Made by a program: the position numbers and the translations under genes
From: the human T2T-CHM13v2.0 reference genome, Homo sapiens
Length of the DNA: 64,000 nt
Reading direction: 5' to 3' (one strand)
Assembly: GCF_009914755.1 (NCBI RefSeq)
Contig: NC_060929.1
Shown: positions 53,792-64,000 of the stretch, in pieces
Position numbering within the stretch: the first letter of the stretch is position 1
Layout of the letters: each line of letters starts with the position of its first letter
Notes under the pieces: generated by a model
Databases searched by the model: none
The model's input: only the letters and a program-made list of their open reading frames with translations
What the model was told of the DNA's origin: nothing

Positions 53792-55212
53792 ATTATTGTA
53801 TGCGACTCCATTTATTTAGAACTTTCCTACATCTCCCAACACTTTTGCTAGTTTCCTATTTAGAGAGATCTTGCATGTAATTTGTTAAAATCATATATAC
53901 ATATTTTATTTTTATTAGTATTTTACATGGATTTGATTTTTATCATTAATTGCTCATTGGAAATATATAGAAATAAGTTAATGGGTTGACTTATTTTTTC
54001 TATGATGTGGCTAAAATTACTAGTTTATTCCAGCAGCTGATTTTTACAGTCACTAGAAGTTTATGTGTAGGTAATGGAGTTGTTTAAAAATTTAGAATTG
54101 TATTTTTCATTTCTTAACTGTGTATGTTTTACTTATTTATTTGATTTGTCTCACTGGTTAATTCCTCCCATACAGTAGAGAGAACAATAGTGAAAGAGGA
54201 CACTTTGTCTTCTTCTGGATCTTAAATGAATAATTTATTAGTTCAAACTTCAGTGTGATATTTCCGTAGATGCCTTCTATTTGCTTAAGGATGCTTCTTT
54301 GTATTCTATTGGGGCGAGATATTTTTATTATAATTCTATCTTGAAAATGCCAAATGTTTTTTCTGCCTCAGAGGAAGTTTATATATTTTTTTCATTTTAC
54401 TCAGTTAATGTGGTGAGTTTGAAAATTCAAATACTTGAAAAATCACGTTCCCATCAAACACTGCTTCTTACTGTGCCTTTCTAAGAGGACTACCTTCAAC
54501 TTGGGCATTTAGAGGATACTTCCCTTCCTATAGCTCAGGGTTTTTTTGTATTTTTTTTATGTTTAAATTTTAGTGATATTTCTTTTATGTGTTTTTAAAA
54601 TATTTTATGGGCTACTGCATTGACCCATTTGTTTCAACTTTACAGCTCTAGTTAAATATAAAAATTAATAAAATGTCAACACTCAAGTATTACATATATC
54701 CCTTGATCTGGTGATTTAGGACTATGAGAAAAATGCTCAATTTCCCTCGATAGAAGGAAGTATGAACTTTTTTATTTATTTATTACTGTAGTCTCACAGC
54801 CTAAAAATCAGTAGGTCTCCACTGGTCAGCAAGCAAATGATCATGATTGTTTTTCTGAATTTTTGACAATTTCAGAATAGGCAAGAAAGCTAAGTTTTAA
54901 AAATAAAATGCCAACATCAAGAATTTAAAATCAAATTCGTCACAGTGAATCCCAACAGGAAATAGTTCTTCATTTTATGATTACTCAGAGATTTTGCTTG
55001 TTGTAGTGGTCTTCCTTCTGGCTCATAATTTTTTGCTACTCTGCAGCAGAAATAATAAGAAATATTTTCCCAGTCCACAGCGGTGAAGGAGAAGAAAACT
55101 ATAAATCAAAAGTAGCATATTCTGTGGATCATTTATTGAAATAAACACAGTGAGTACAAGATGGGTAATCTATTTGCATAATCAAAGACACCCTTCATCT
55201 GTGTCTATTTTT

Positions 55213-55213
55213 C

Positions 55214-55247
<34 letters not shown>

Positions 55248-55528
55248 TGAGACAGAGTCTCACTCTGTTACCCAGGTTGGAGTGCAGTGGCATGATCTTG
55301 TCTCACTGCAGACTCCGCCTCTCGGGTTCCAGCAATCTTCCTGCCACAGCTTCCTGAGTAGCTGGCATTACAAGGTATGGGCCACCATGCCCGGCTAATT
55401 TTTGTATTTTTATTAGAGATGGGGTTTCGCTATGTTGGCCAGACTGGTCTTGAACTCCTGGCCTCAAGTGATCTGCCCGCCTCAGCCTACCAAAGTGCTG
55501 GGTTACAGGCATGAGCGACTTGCCTGGC
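55213..55528 (-). mobile_element. AluS (Sx/Sz-like)
   Basis: Full dimer; TSD T(G/A)TGTCTATTTTT on both sides. Confidence 0.93.
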
Positions 55529-55825
55529 TATGTCTATTTTTAACATAGTTATAGTGAACTATAATTATTTTTACATAAAAACTATTCTTACAAATGTTAT
55601 ATGTATTTTAAGAGCATACAAACTTACAGGTTTTTTTATTTAATAAAAACCAGTGGCAGATTGATAATGCAGAATATATTATTTGTAAAAAATCATTTGT
55701 TGTCATACAAACATATATTTTATTTGAAAATTATACTTTTGAATAGCTTTTTGGAAAGTTAAAGTATTCTCATTTATTGCATACATTTGTCACCAAAATT
55801 ATACGAAAGAGTGTTTGATTCAAAA

Positions 55826-55937
55826 TGTGTGTGTGTGTGTGTGTGTTCCTATATAGGACCCAGATAACACATATATATTAAATAAATAAATACATGTATA
55901 TATATATATCATGCACACACATTTAAATATAATGTAA

Positions 55938-55986
<49 letters not shown>
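55826..55986. repeat. Compound (TG)n/(TA)n microsatellite
   Basis: Two (TG)n runs separated by TA-rich sequence. Confidence 0.9.
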
Positions 55987-56559
55987 CAGATGCCCCTCTG
56001 GAAACAAATTTAAAAAGAATCCCCTCTTTTGAGTGTATAAAGAAGTTCCTTTCTTAAGGAATGGATAACAGGGGTTGGTACTTTGGCTGAATTCCTCTTC
56101 CTCTTACTTTCATTAGACTTGGCACTGTTGCATAGAACACAATTTTCCAAAATGTAATGTCTGTGTTATGCCTACAAATGTACCATACATAACAATTTGT
56201 CATTTTCTGTAATTACATACTGACCTATTTAACATTTATCTAACCACTTATATATCTTAATCAAAATAAATCAACCCATGTAAATTGTTTATTTCTATTG
56301 TCTTTCTCAGTATAATGCACAAGATACCTTTCTATCTCTATATGTATTTGTCATTTTCATGTCTGTCCCTACATGAGTTGACTCTATTTTTCTGTTACAT
56401 AGATATGTGATGTTAGTACAATATATGTTAACTAAAAATGGATGATGCAACCTTTTAAAATTATGACCATCGCAGTGAAAATTATGTCTCTAAAATATCA
56501 GGGGCTTAGGTATTTTCAGATTAAATTAGGAAAAATAGAGTATCTTTCCATTTATTTAT

Positions 56560-58250
56560 GTGGGCAAATTTCCCATTTGTTCACATTAAATCTTTTAATG
56601 GCATATTGCCTAAATCTTTCTCAGAAAAGCTTAGCCAAATTGCCTAGGATGTTTCCTTTCTCCCATATTACCATCACTGTATACCATCATATTTCTAATA
56701 ATTTTAATTTTGGAACATGAAAATGGTATTTCAATTTAAATGCGTATGTTTTTCTATTTGCAAAGAGATTAAACATCTCTTCAAGTTTTTAAACTATATG
56801 CAGCCCTTCTTTTCTGCTATACCTGTTCATTTCCTCAAGCTATTTTTCCATCAGACAGTTTCATGTTTTCTCATTGATTTGAAGCTTCTATTAAAGTATT
56901 GTATACACATGGGTAAATGCACATAAGTTTAAAGCTTAGTGAGTTTTAAAATACTATGATCATCCAGAATAAGAAAATGTAATAGTCACACACCTGATTT
57001 CCACCCATCCCTCCTAACATAACACTATTCTAACTTTTACCAGTAAGGAATCAAATAGTGTGTGTAGTGTTTTGAACCACATTTTTTTGCTTAATATTAT
57101 ATTTGTGAGACGAATTGACTATATGACCTGCAAATGAAACTATTTATATTTATTTCTCTAATATTTTATTAGGTGATCATATTACAACTTATTTGTTTAC
57201 TGTACTCTTTATAAGTATTTTAGTCCACTTTTGGGCCACAGTTTGGGGTTATTTTGGTGTTATTCTGAAAAGTGTTTTCATGAGTACACATTTTTTTTAG
57301 CTATATATATGCATGCATTTCTGGAGAAACCATCTTTACAAGTAGAATTTTGGGGCCTAATACATATCTTTATCCAAATTATTTGAACTAAGTTATGCCA
57401 ATAACATCAATTTGAGTGTTCTAATTAGTCAACATTCTCATCAATACTTTGCACTTTCTCTTCAACTTAGAATTCTAAAATATTCCTTTCAAATTCAGGA
57501 TTCTGAATGACAAGTACTTACATCTCATTGTGGTTTGAATTATTTTTTCAGGTAACCAATATAAATAAAAACCTTTTAATAAGTTCATTGGTTATTTGAA
57601 TATTTTATTTTTGAAGTGTCTAAAATATTTTCTTTCTAATCCAGTCCAGTTATTTTTCTGTGGTTTGCTTCTTGTTGTCTTATTGAGTTCATTGCCTTTT
57701 TAATATTCTTTTCCGGTTAACATTTCCCCCTCATTGATCTGAAATGTTTTCATTATATACCACCTTTCCATATCTGTCAATGTCTTGATTTTCTATATGA
57801 TCTTCATCTATCTGTAGTTATAACTCATTTTAATCATAGAAGCTTTAAGAATTGCTTAATATTTTGTATTGACTCCAAATTCCATTGATTTTATAGGATA
57901 TTTCTAGCTATTCTTGCTTCTTTATTCCTCCAAGTAAATTTGTCTATTTTTCTAAATCTGGAAAAAGAAATTCTAGAAAATGTCGTTTTGTTATGACACA
58001 GAAGATATAAGTTTATTTAAAGAACTGGCACATTTATGATTTTAAGGCTTTTTCAAGAGCATGGAATTTCTTTCCCCGTGCTCAAGTCCAAATTTGTGCC
58101 ATTCAGAAGTGTTTTCTAGTTTTTTTTATATATAGGTTTTAAACATTTCTGGTTAAGTTTATGCCCTCACATTTTATTTTAGTTTGGTTAATGACGTTTT
58201 ACATGTGTGAGTTCCCTCAATTATTTCTTTTAAATGTTCTGATTCAATAG
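56560..58250 (-). mobile_element. Ancient L1 (L1ME-type) fragments
   Basis: AAAATGGTATTTCAATTTAAATGCGTATG, CATCTCATTGTGGTTTGAATT, AAGAACTGGCACATTTATGAT; T-rich. Confidence 0.6.
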
Positions 58251-60039
58251 GAACACTCTCCTTAGTATCCTTAACAGAAATGATTCTTGTTTATAGAATT
58301 GCTAAATAAGTAAAGAAATTTTAAGTTAAATCATGGCAAGGAGTTATAATTATACTAAGCTTTTTTGTTCCTAGAGGTTTTGGCTCACTCATATGGTAAT
58401 CTATATGAAAATTTTTCTGTGATATCTAATATTAGAAAGATCCTCAGTGATAGAATAGTGTTTCTTCCTAGCTGATTCATACATCTTTCTCTGCCAACAT
58501 TTTGTTTGTTGAAGTGTTCCCCAACATATGACTCATTGCTTACTAAATCCCTATTGAGCAGCCAAAGCCCTGGTGACTAATTATGTCATTAATTTGGGAA
58601 AGTCAGAGACAATAAGACTGTCAGTTGAAACTTTGTAGGAGGTAAAAAAGTCACTGCTGTCAGCTGCAAAGATCCTTAAAACGGTCTTCAGTAAAGTCAA
58701 ATTTTGTGACAAGAATTATTGCATCAAAGTCGGGGAAATACCTCTTAGATCAAATAAGATACATTGAAAAGCCAAAAATTATTTTTATCTCACTTTGGGT
58801 TCTCATAAGGTCTACCCACTGTTACTTGGATATGAGACTTAACAAATGGAAAAGAAGACAGGGGTACTGTCACACTGTATTTTCCTATGGCCTAATGACC
58901 ACAATGGTTGATGAACTGCAGTAAAGTTTCTATAATATTTTCCATCTATTCATTTGCTCAATCACCTTGTAATGGTTATGTTGGTTAATTCCAGTCTTTC
59001 ATGGGTAAGCAACAAAATGAGACTTAATTTGAAATATCCAGTATTTTTCTATTCTTACAAATAATTTTCAGGATCAATGCACTGAGGATTAGGAATGGCA
59101 ATGTGTATTACTACTCTGATACCAACTATATCCAATCTAATGTTGGAATTTGTTTGACAAAGTGTTGTGTATTTGAAAACAGGCAGCACTGAATAAAAAG
59201 AATATGGGCAAAAGAAAAATGGAAGTGTTTTGAATAGAAGTCTAAAATATTTATTGATCAATGCTGAACTGAGTAAGCAGGAGATGCCTGTACATAAATG
59301 ACATTATCCTGATCTAGTAACAGGGAGAAGCAGAATATCTGAAAGCTGTTTATTAATTTGATAATAATAAGATTAGAAACATGCAAATCAAGATTAATAG
59401 TATTCACTTCTAATTGGGTTTAGGTAGACTTTGACTATTTTGCTTCTGATGTTCTTATATTTTTAATTTTCTATAATGATCATATAACATATAATATTTT
59501 CATAATATTAAACATTTTAGAATTAAACTCCATTAGAGTGTGTCTTTCCTAAAGTAATATAAACATCCAATCTTGTCCTTAACAATTCTGTTCTCAAACA
59601 TTAGCCTATTCCCTCAAGCCAGTGTTGCTTTCGACCCATATTGTCCATCATTTCAATTTATCTCAAAGTTTTTTATTGCAACAATTAAATGCTTTGAATG
59701 ATACCCAAGGCATAGTTCTATTTCAACAAAATTTCAAAGTTAATAGTTACATCAAATTTTGTTGGTGCTCATTGAATTTGGTTATTAAAACCATAAGTAG
59801 TATGTTTTATGCTGACTGAGGGAGATAAAAGTAGTAATGTTTAATATTCAAACTGTGATGACTGAAAAAAAAAATGAGGCCTGTAAAATCTTATTTAATG
59901 TCAAATTTTAATTAAACAGGCTTAGCAGACCAAAATTAAAATCTCAATTATTTTTAAATTATTAATGACAGACAACTAGATTGAGTGAACACTGGCATCT
60001 CTTTTCAAATAACTTAGTTTAGTGGATGAGTTAAACATA

Positions 60040-60480
60040 AACTAGTTATTATAATGCAGCGAAGTATGTGAAAAATTTAATTTGAACCCTACTTAGCTTA
60101 AAATCCTGACATTCTAGGATGCAAGTCCTGCAAACTTTCCATATGTAATCAACAATTTTCTAAACATGCATGCTGTATCTCTCCTGTGTGACTTTGCATA
60201 CATCATTCCCACATTCTAGATCATCCCGACCCACCTTAAGTGACTGCTTTTGCATAATCTCCCTTAAAATTCTAACTCAAGCACTGCATCTTTTGAGTCC
60301 TTCCCTAACATCTTAACATCTTCCTTCTTTCATTCATCATTAACTATAGTTAGTTATTATAGCACCTGTTAGCACTGTAAAATTATGTGTGTTACACAAG
60401 TACAACATGCAGACTAAGGTCGTGTATTACCTAGCCTCATACCAGCGTCACCTAGAACAGCAAAAATGTATGCAGATTAA
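60040..60480 (+). mobile_element. L2 fragment
   Basis: CTTAGCTTAAAATCCTGACATTCTAGGATGCAAGTCC...ACCAGCGTCACCTAGAACAG. Confidence 0.45.
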
Positions 60481-60692
60481 TCACAATATATTTGGATGTA
60501 CAAAACATATTGAGAGCAAAATATGATGGAAATTTAGGTGATGCTCTTTGAGCATTGCTTCCATTTTCCAATAATGTAACCAGGAATCACTGTTCATGTA
60601 ATTAAAGAACAATAAGTCTATGTGAATCAAAATATACATATACATGCAAATGTTAAACCTCAGTAGGAAGAGGCCCATTCTCTTGCTTGCTG

Positions 60693-60748
<56 letters not shown>

Positions 60749-60778
60749 GTATGTTGTGTGTATATGTATATACACACA
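60693..60778. repeat. (TA)n(CA)n microsatellite
   Basis: Directly visible. Confidence 0.95.
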
Positions 60779-61724
60779 ACAATCTATAGGCTTGCCTTTT
60801 AAAATAGTATAAGCAACAAATTTTAAGAGAAACAATAATGAGTGTGTAAAACATTAGATATGTGTATGTACCTTTGCTATTATTTGTGGAAATGGGGCTA
60901 TAAAATAAGCTCCTTTATTTTCTTTTGTAAAACATTTCTTTAATATGAAGTAATGCAATACGTATTTATGTTCTAAGTGTTAATTTCCTTGGATATAAAA
61001 TAATATCTTGTTCCTTTGATTCTCTTACATATAAGTGTATTTACTCAGATATTACTCCAAATACACCAGATATATTCAAAGTTGAAAAAATATATACTTT
61101 GGAATGTATTATCATCTTATGTCACATGAAGAAATCAAAATCTCTGGCATCCAAGTGCATTCCAGCCTGAAAAAAATTATGCAATTGTGAATTTAACAGA
61201 AAGCAAATTGCTCACATATGGAGTCAACGTGAAGCTATATCAATATTTATTAAAAGTTTATATATTACTTTTGATCCCCTGGAGAGAAATACAAAATTCA
61301 AATAATTATTCTATTTTTATATCCCAATTTGTAATTATGAAACTCTAGCATTTTAATTTTTCTCTTTCAAGTTTACCTGAAGCTTCACAAAATTCTGTGA
61401 GGAATCTATTATAACAGGTATTTTGCTTATTTCCACACAAACAGAAGGAAATGTGTATTTTCTATGCCCTGAAGAATTTACTCTTTTCTGTAAATGACAT
61501 ATGGTAGTTAATTCTTTTTGGTAATAAAATATTCCTGTTTTTAGGCCGAACAGCCTTTTCATTTAAATTCAGGGCAACATATCAAAGCTTTGCCGTAATA
61601 ATACAGAGTAATCGACTAAAGTAATATAGAATTTAAATAACAAAGAGTTTAAACAATTTAATATGTCTTCTATTAATTTCAAACTGAAATTTTACAGAAA
61701 TTATTTGGAATATGCTGCCAGAGT

Positions 61725-61778
61725 ACACACACACACACACACACACACACATCACACGCTCACATCACACACTCACAC
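61725..61778. repeat. (CA)n microsatellite
   Basis: Directly visible. Confidence 0.93.
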
Positions 61779-61959
61779 CCAGCTAAAGGAAATTACCACA
61801 GCTATAATGATTTCATTAAATATCTGAAATTAAAGTTTCTTTTGGATTTTCAGCTGAAGCTCATAGTAAATAAAAGTAATATGATCATTGTTGCATACTG
61901 TGAATCAACAGCACCCAGAAACCTTCGACTTTCTATATTTACACAGCTTAATTATCCGA

Positions 61960-62430
61960 ACTGAAACCTGAGGCCATCTGTGTCAACATGATTTCACAAT
62001 TCATTCCAGAAAATTATTTTTCAGGAAAGTAAGGCTGCAAACCAATAAATAACTTATTGTTTGCTTCAGGAAATTTCTGCAAATCAATTTATGTCAGTAA
62101 GCAACTCTCCTCTGGGCCAACAGATTGCTCACCTGGGCAGGTAGCAGCTTGTGTCAATTAACAGTTTACTTATGAAGACTTCTGTCATGGCCCTTAACTC
62201 ACAGTGTCCCCCAATCCTAAACTCTATGTCCTGAACATTACCTATTCTTATCAGTCATTGGTCTTGAAAGGCCCCGGGCAACCATTTGAGCCCAGACTTC
62301 AATACTCTATCAATACCACCTTATCATCTACTTTTCTAACATGACCCCTCAAGGTGGTGACCCCACTTACAGTCGTCTTTTATTGAATTTAGCTTTCCCT
62401 AATCAACATGCTAGTCTATTGGATGCAGTG
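61960..62430 (+). mobile_element. Possible old ERV solo LTR
   Basis: LTR-like texture ending TTAGCTTTCCCTAATCAACA; family not recognised. Confidence 0.35.
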
Positions 62431-62670
62431 TCAGAGGCAAAAATCACAGAGGTTCTGAAAGCATCAGCCCATGGTTTTCTAAACATCATGGTTCAAGACC
62501 CTTAACACGAAACAGAAAGTTTCCCCGAGGCGCCGTAAACAACCCATTTGGGCGCTTCCCTGATAATTATAGTGAAATCTGGCATCTAATTTTTTTTGGT
62601 GGACTCTCAAATTTTATATTTATGTTTTGATTCCTAGAAATAAAAAATGTTTTTATAAGGAATTCTTTGA

Positions 62671-62761
62671 TCGTTTATGTTTTATTCTTGATAGAAACCT
62701 ACTACTTTATAACTTCGTTTATGTTTTACTCTTGATAGAAACCTACTACTTTATAACTTCG
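62671..62761. repeat. 44-bp tandem duplication
   Basis: TCGTTTATGTTTTA(T/C)TCTTGATAGAAACCTACTACTTTATAACT twice. Confidence 0.95.
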
Positions 62762-62789
62762 AACATTATTGATGTTCTTCCTGTATTTC

Positions 62790-63914
62790 TGAGAGGTGAC
62801 AGCTTGCTGGCATCCCTCGCTGGCTCTCGGCGCCTCCTCGGCCTCAGCCCACTCTGGCCGCGCTTGAGGAGCCCTTCAGCCCGCAGCTGCACCGTGGGAG
62901 CCCCTCTCTGTGCTGGCTGAGGCCTGAGCGGGCTCCCTCTGCTGGCGGGGAGGTGTGGAGGGAGAGGCGCGGGCCGGAACCTGGGCTGCCTGCGGTGCTC
63001 GCAGGTCCAGCGCGACTTCCGGGTGGGCGCGGGCTCAGCGCGACTTCCGGGTGGGCGCGGGCTCGGCGCGCCCCGCACTCTTGAGCGGTCGGCTGGCGCC
63101 GCCGGCCCTGGGCAGTGAGAGGCTTAGCACCCGGGCCAGCAGCTGCGGAGGGTGCACTGGGTCCTCCAACAGTGATGGCCCGCCGGCGCCGCGCTCGAAT
63201 TTTCGCTGGGCCTCAGCCACCTCCCCGCGGGGCAAGGGGGCAGGGCTCGGGACCTGCAGCCTGCCATGCTGGAGCCCTCACCCTCCTCCCCGCCCCCGTC
63301 CCCTGCCCCCCGCCCCCCGCCCCCCGCCCCCCAACCGCAGGCTCCCGCGCGCCACCCCGAGGGGACGGGCGCCACCTCCTGCTACGCGGCACCCGGTCCC
63401 GTCAACCGCCCAACGGCTGAGGAGTGCGGCAGCGCGCCAGAGACTGGCGGGCAGCTCCGCCCGCGGCCGGGATGCACTAGGCAAAGCCAGCTGGGCTCCT
63501 GAGTCCGGTGGGTACTTGGAGAACTTACTACGTCTAGCTGGAGGATTGTAAATGCACCAATCAGCATGCTGTGTCTAGCTCAAGGTATGTGAACGCACTA
63601 ATCAGTGCTCTGTGTCTAGCTAATCTGGTGGGGACTTGGAGAACTTTTGTGTCTAGCTAAAGGATTGTAAACAGACCAAGCAGCTCTCTGTAAAATGAAC
63701 CCATCAGCTCTCTATGAAATGGACCGATCATCAGGATGTGGGTGGGGTGAGATAAGGGAATAAAAGCAGCTGCCAGAGCCAGCAACAGCAACGTGCTAGG
63801 GTCCCTTTCCACAGTGTGGAGGCTTTGTTCTTTTGCTCTTTGCAGTCTTGCTGCTGCTCACTGTTTGGCTCTGCGCAGAGCTGTAACACTCACCGAGAAG
63901 GTCTGCAGCTTCAC
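62790..63914 (+). mobile_element. LTR12 (ERV9; LTR12C/E-like) solo LTR, 3'-truncated, CpG-rich
   Basis: TGAGAGGTGACAGC start, CTTGAGGAGCCCTTCAGCCC, GCCAGCTGGGCTCCTGAGTC, TGTGTCTAGCT repeats, GAGCTGTAACACTCACC. Confidence 0.95.
63550..63800 (+). promoter_or_regulatory. LTR12 U3 promoter core
   Basis: CCAAT at 63557-63561, AGATAA at 63750-63755, AATAAA TATA-equivalent at 63759-63764, matching the known ERV9 LTR layout; activity not shown. Confidence 0.55.
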
Positions 63915-64000
63915 CCAAAGATATTCCAAAGATACAGAAAACTATATAGAGACATTTTGTGTAGTTCTAATAGCATATAATCCACAGGTCCCTGATCTAT

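Larger units (their letters stand above)
51678..54430 (-). mobile_element. Old L1 (L1MC/ME-type), interrupted by MER20 and MSTB
   Basis: TTTTAATAGCTTTATGAGATATAATT at the 3' end; AGCATAATATTTTTGAGATTCA; GATGACTATAGCTTTAAG; AATAGTGAAAGAGGACACTTTGTCTT. Confidence 0.75.

Noticed and set aside
62955-63551. 198-aa ORF and overlapping GC-rich ORFs
   Set aside because: Entirely within LTR12 U3; long ORFs on both strands reflect stop-codon scarcity in GC-rich DNA; low-complexity Pro/Arg/Ala content.

Overview
Human/hominid-type, AT-rich, repeat-dense non-coding genomic DNA. Two Alus carry AluYa5 diagnostic bases, which points to human. I see no credible protein-coding gene, tRNA, rRNA or CRISPR array: the listed ORFs are explained by Alu, L1, LTR and microsatellite sequence or by chance. 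The centre holds a ~13 kb old ERV1 (MER4/MER34-group-like) provirus at 28686-~41941. It has two diverged LTRs, a decayed and internally deleted env, and nested insertions: an MSTA LTR, an internally deleted L1, an L1PA, and a ~3.9 kb TSD-flanked non-ERV segment that looks like a retroposed RNA. Other notable items are an orphan HERV-K-type leader with a tRNA-Lys3 PBS, a twin-primed L1, an 88-bp near-perfect palindrome, and a CpG-rich LTR12 with a duplicated ETS site. Subfamily names come from remembered consensus sequences read by eye and boundaries of old elements are approximate. No evidence here establishes a new biological system; the findings are leads.
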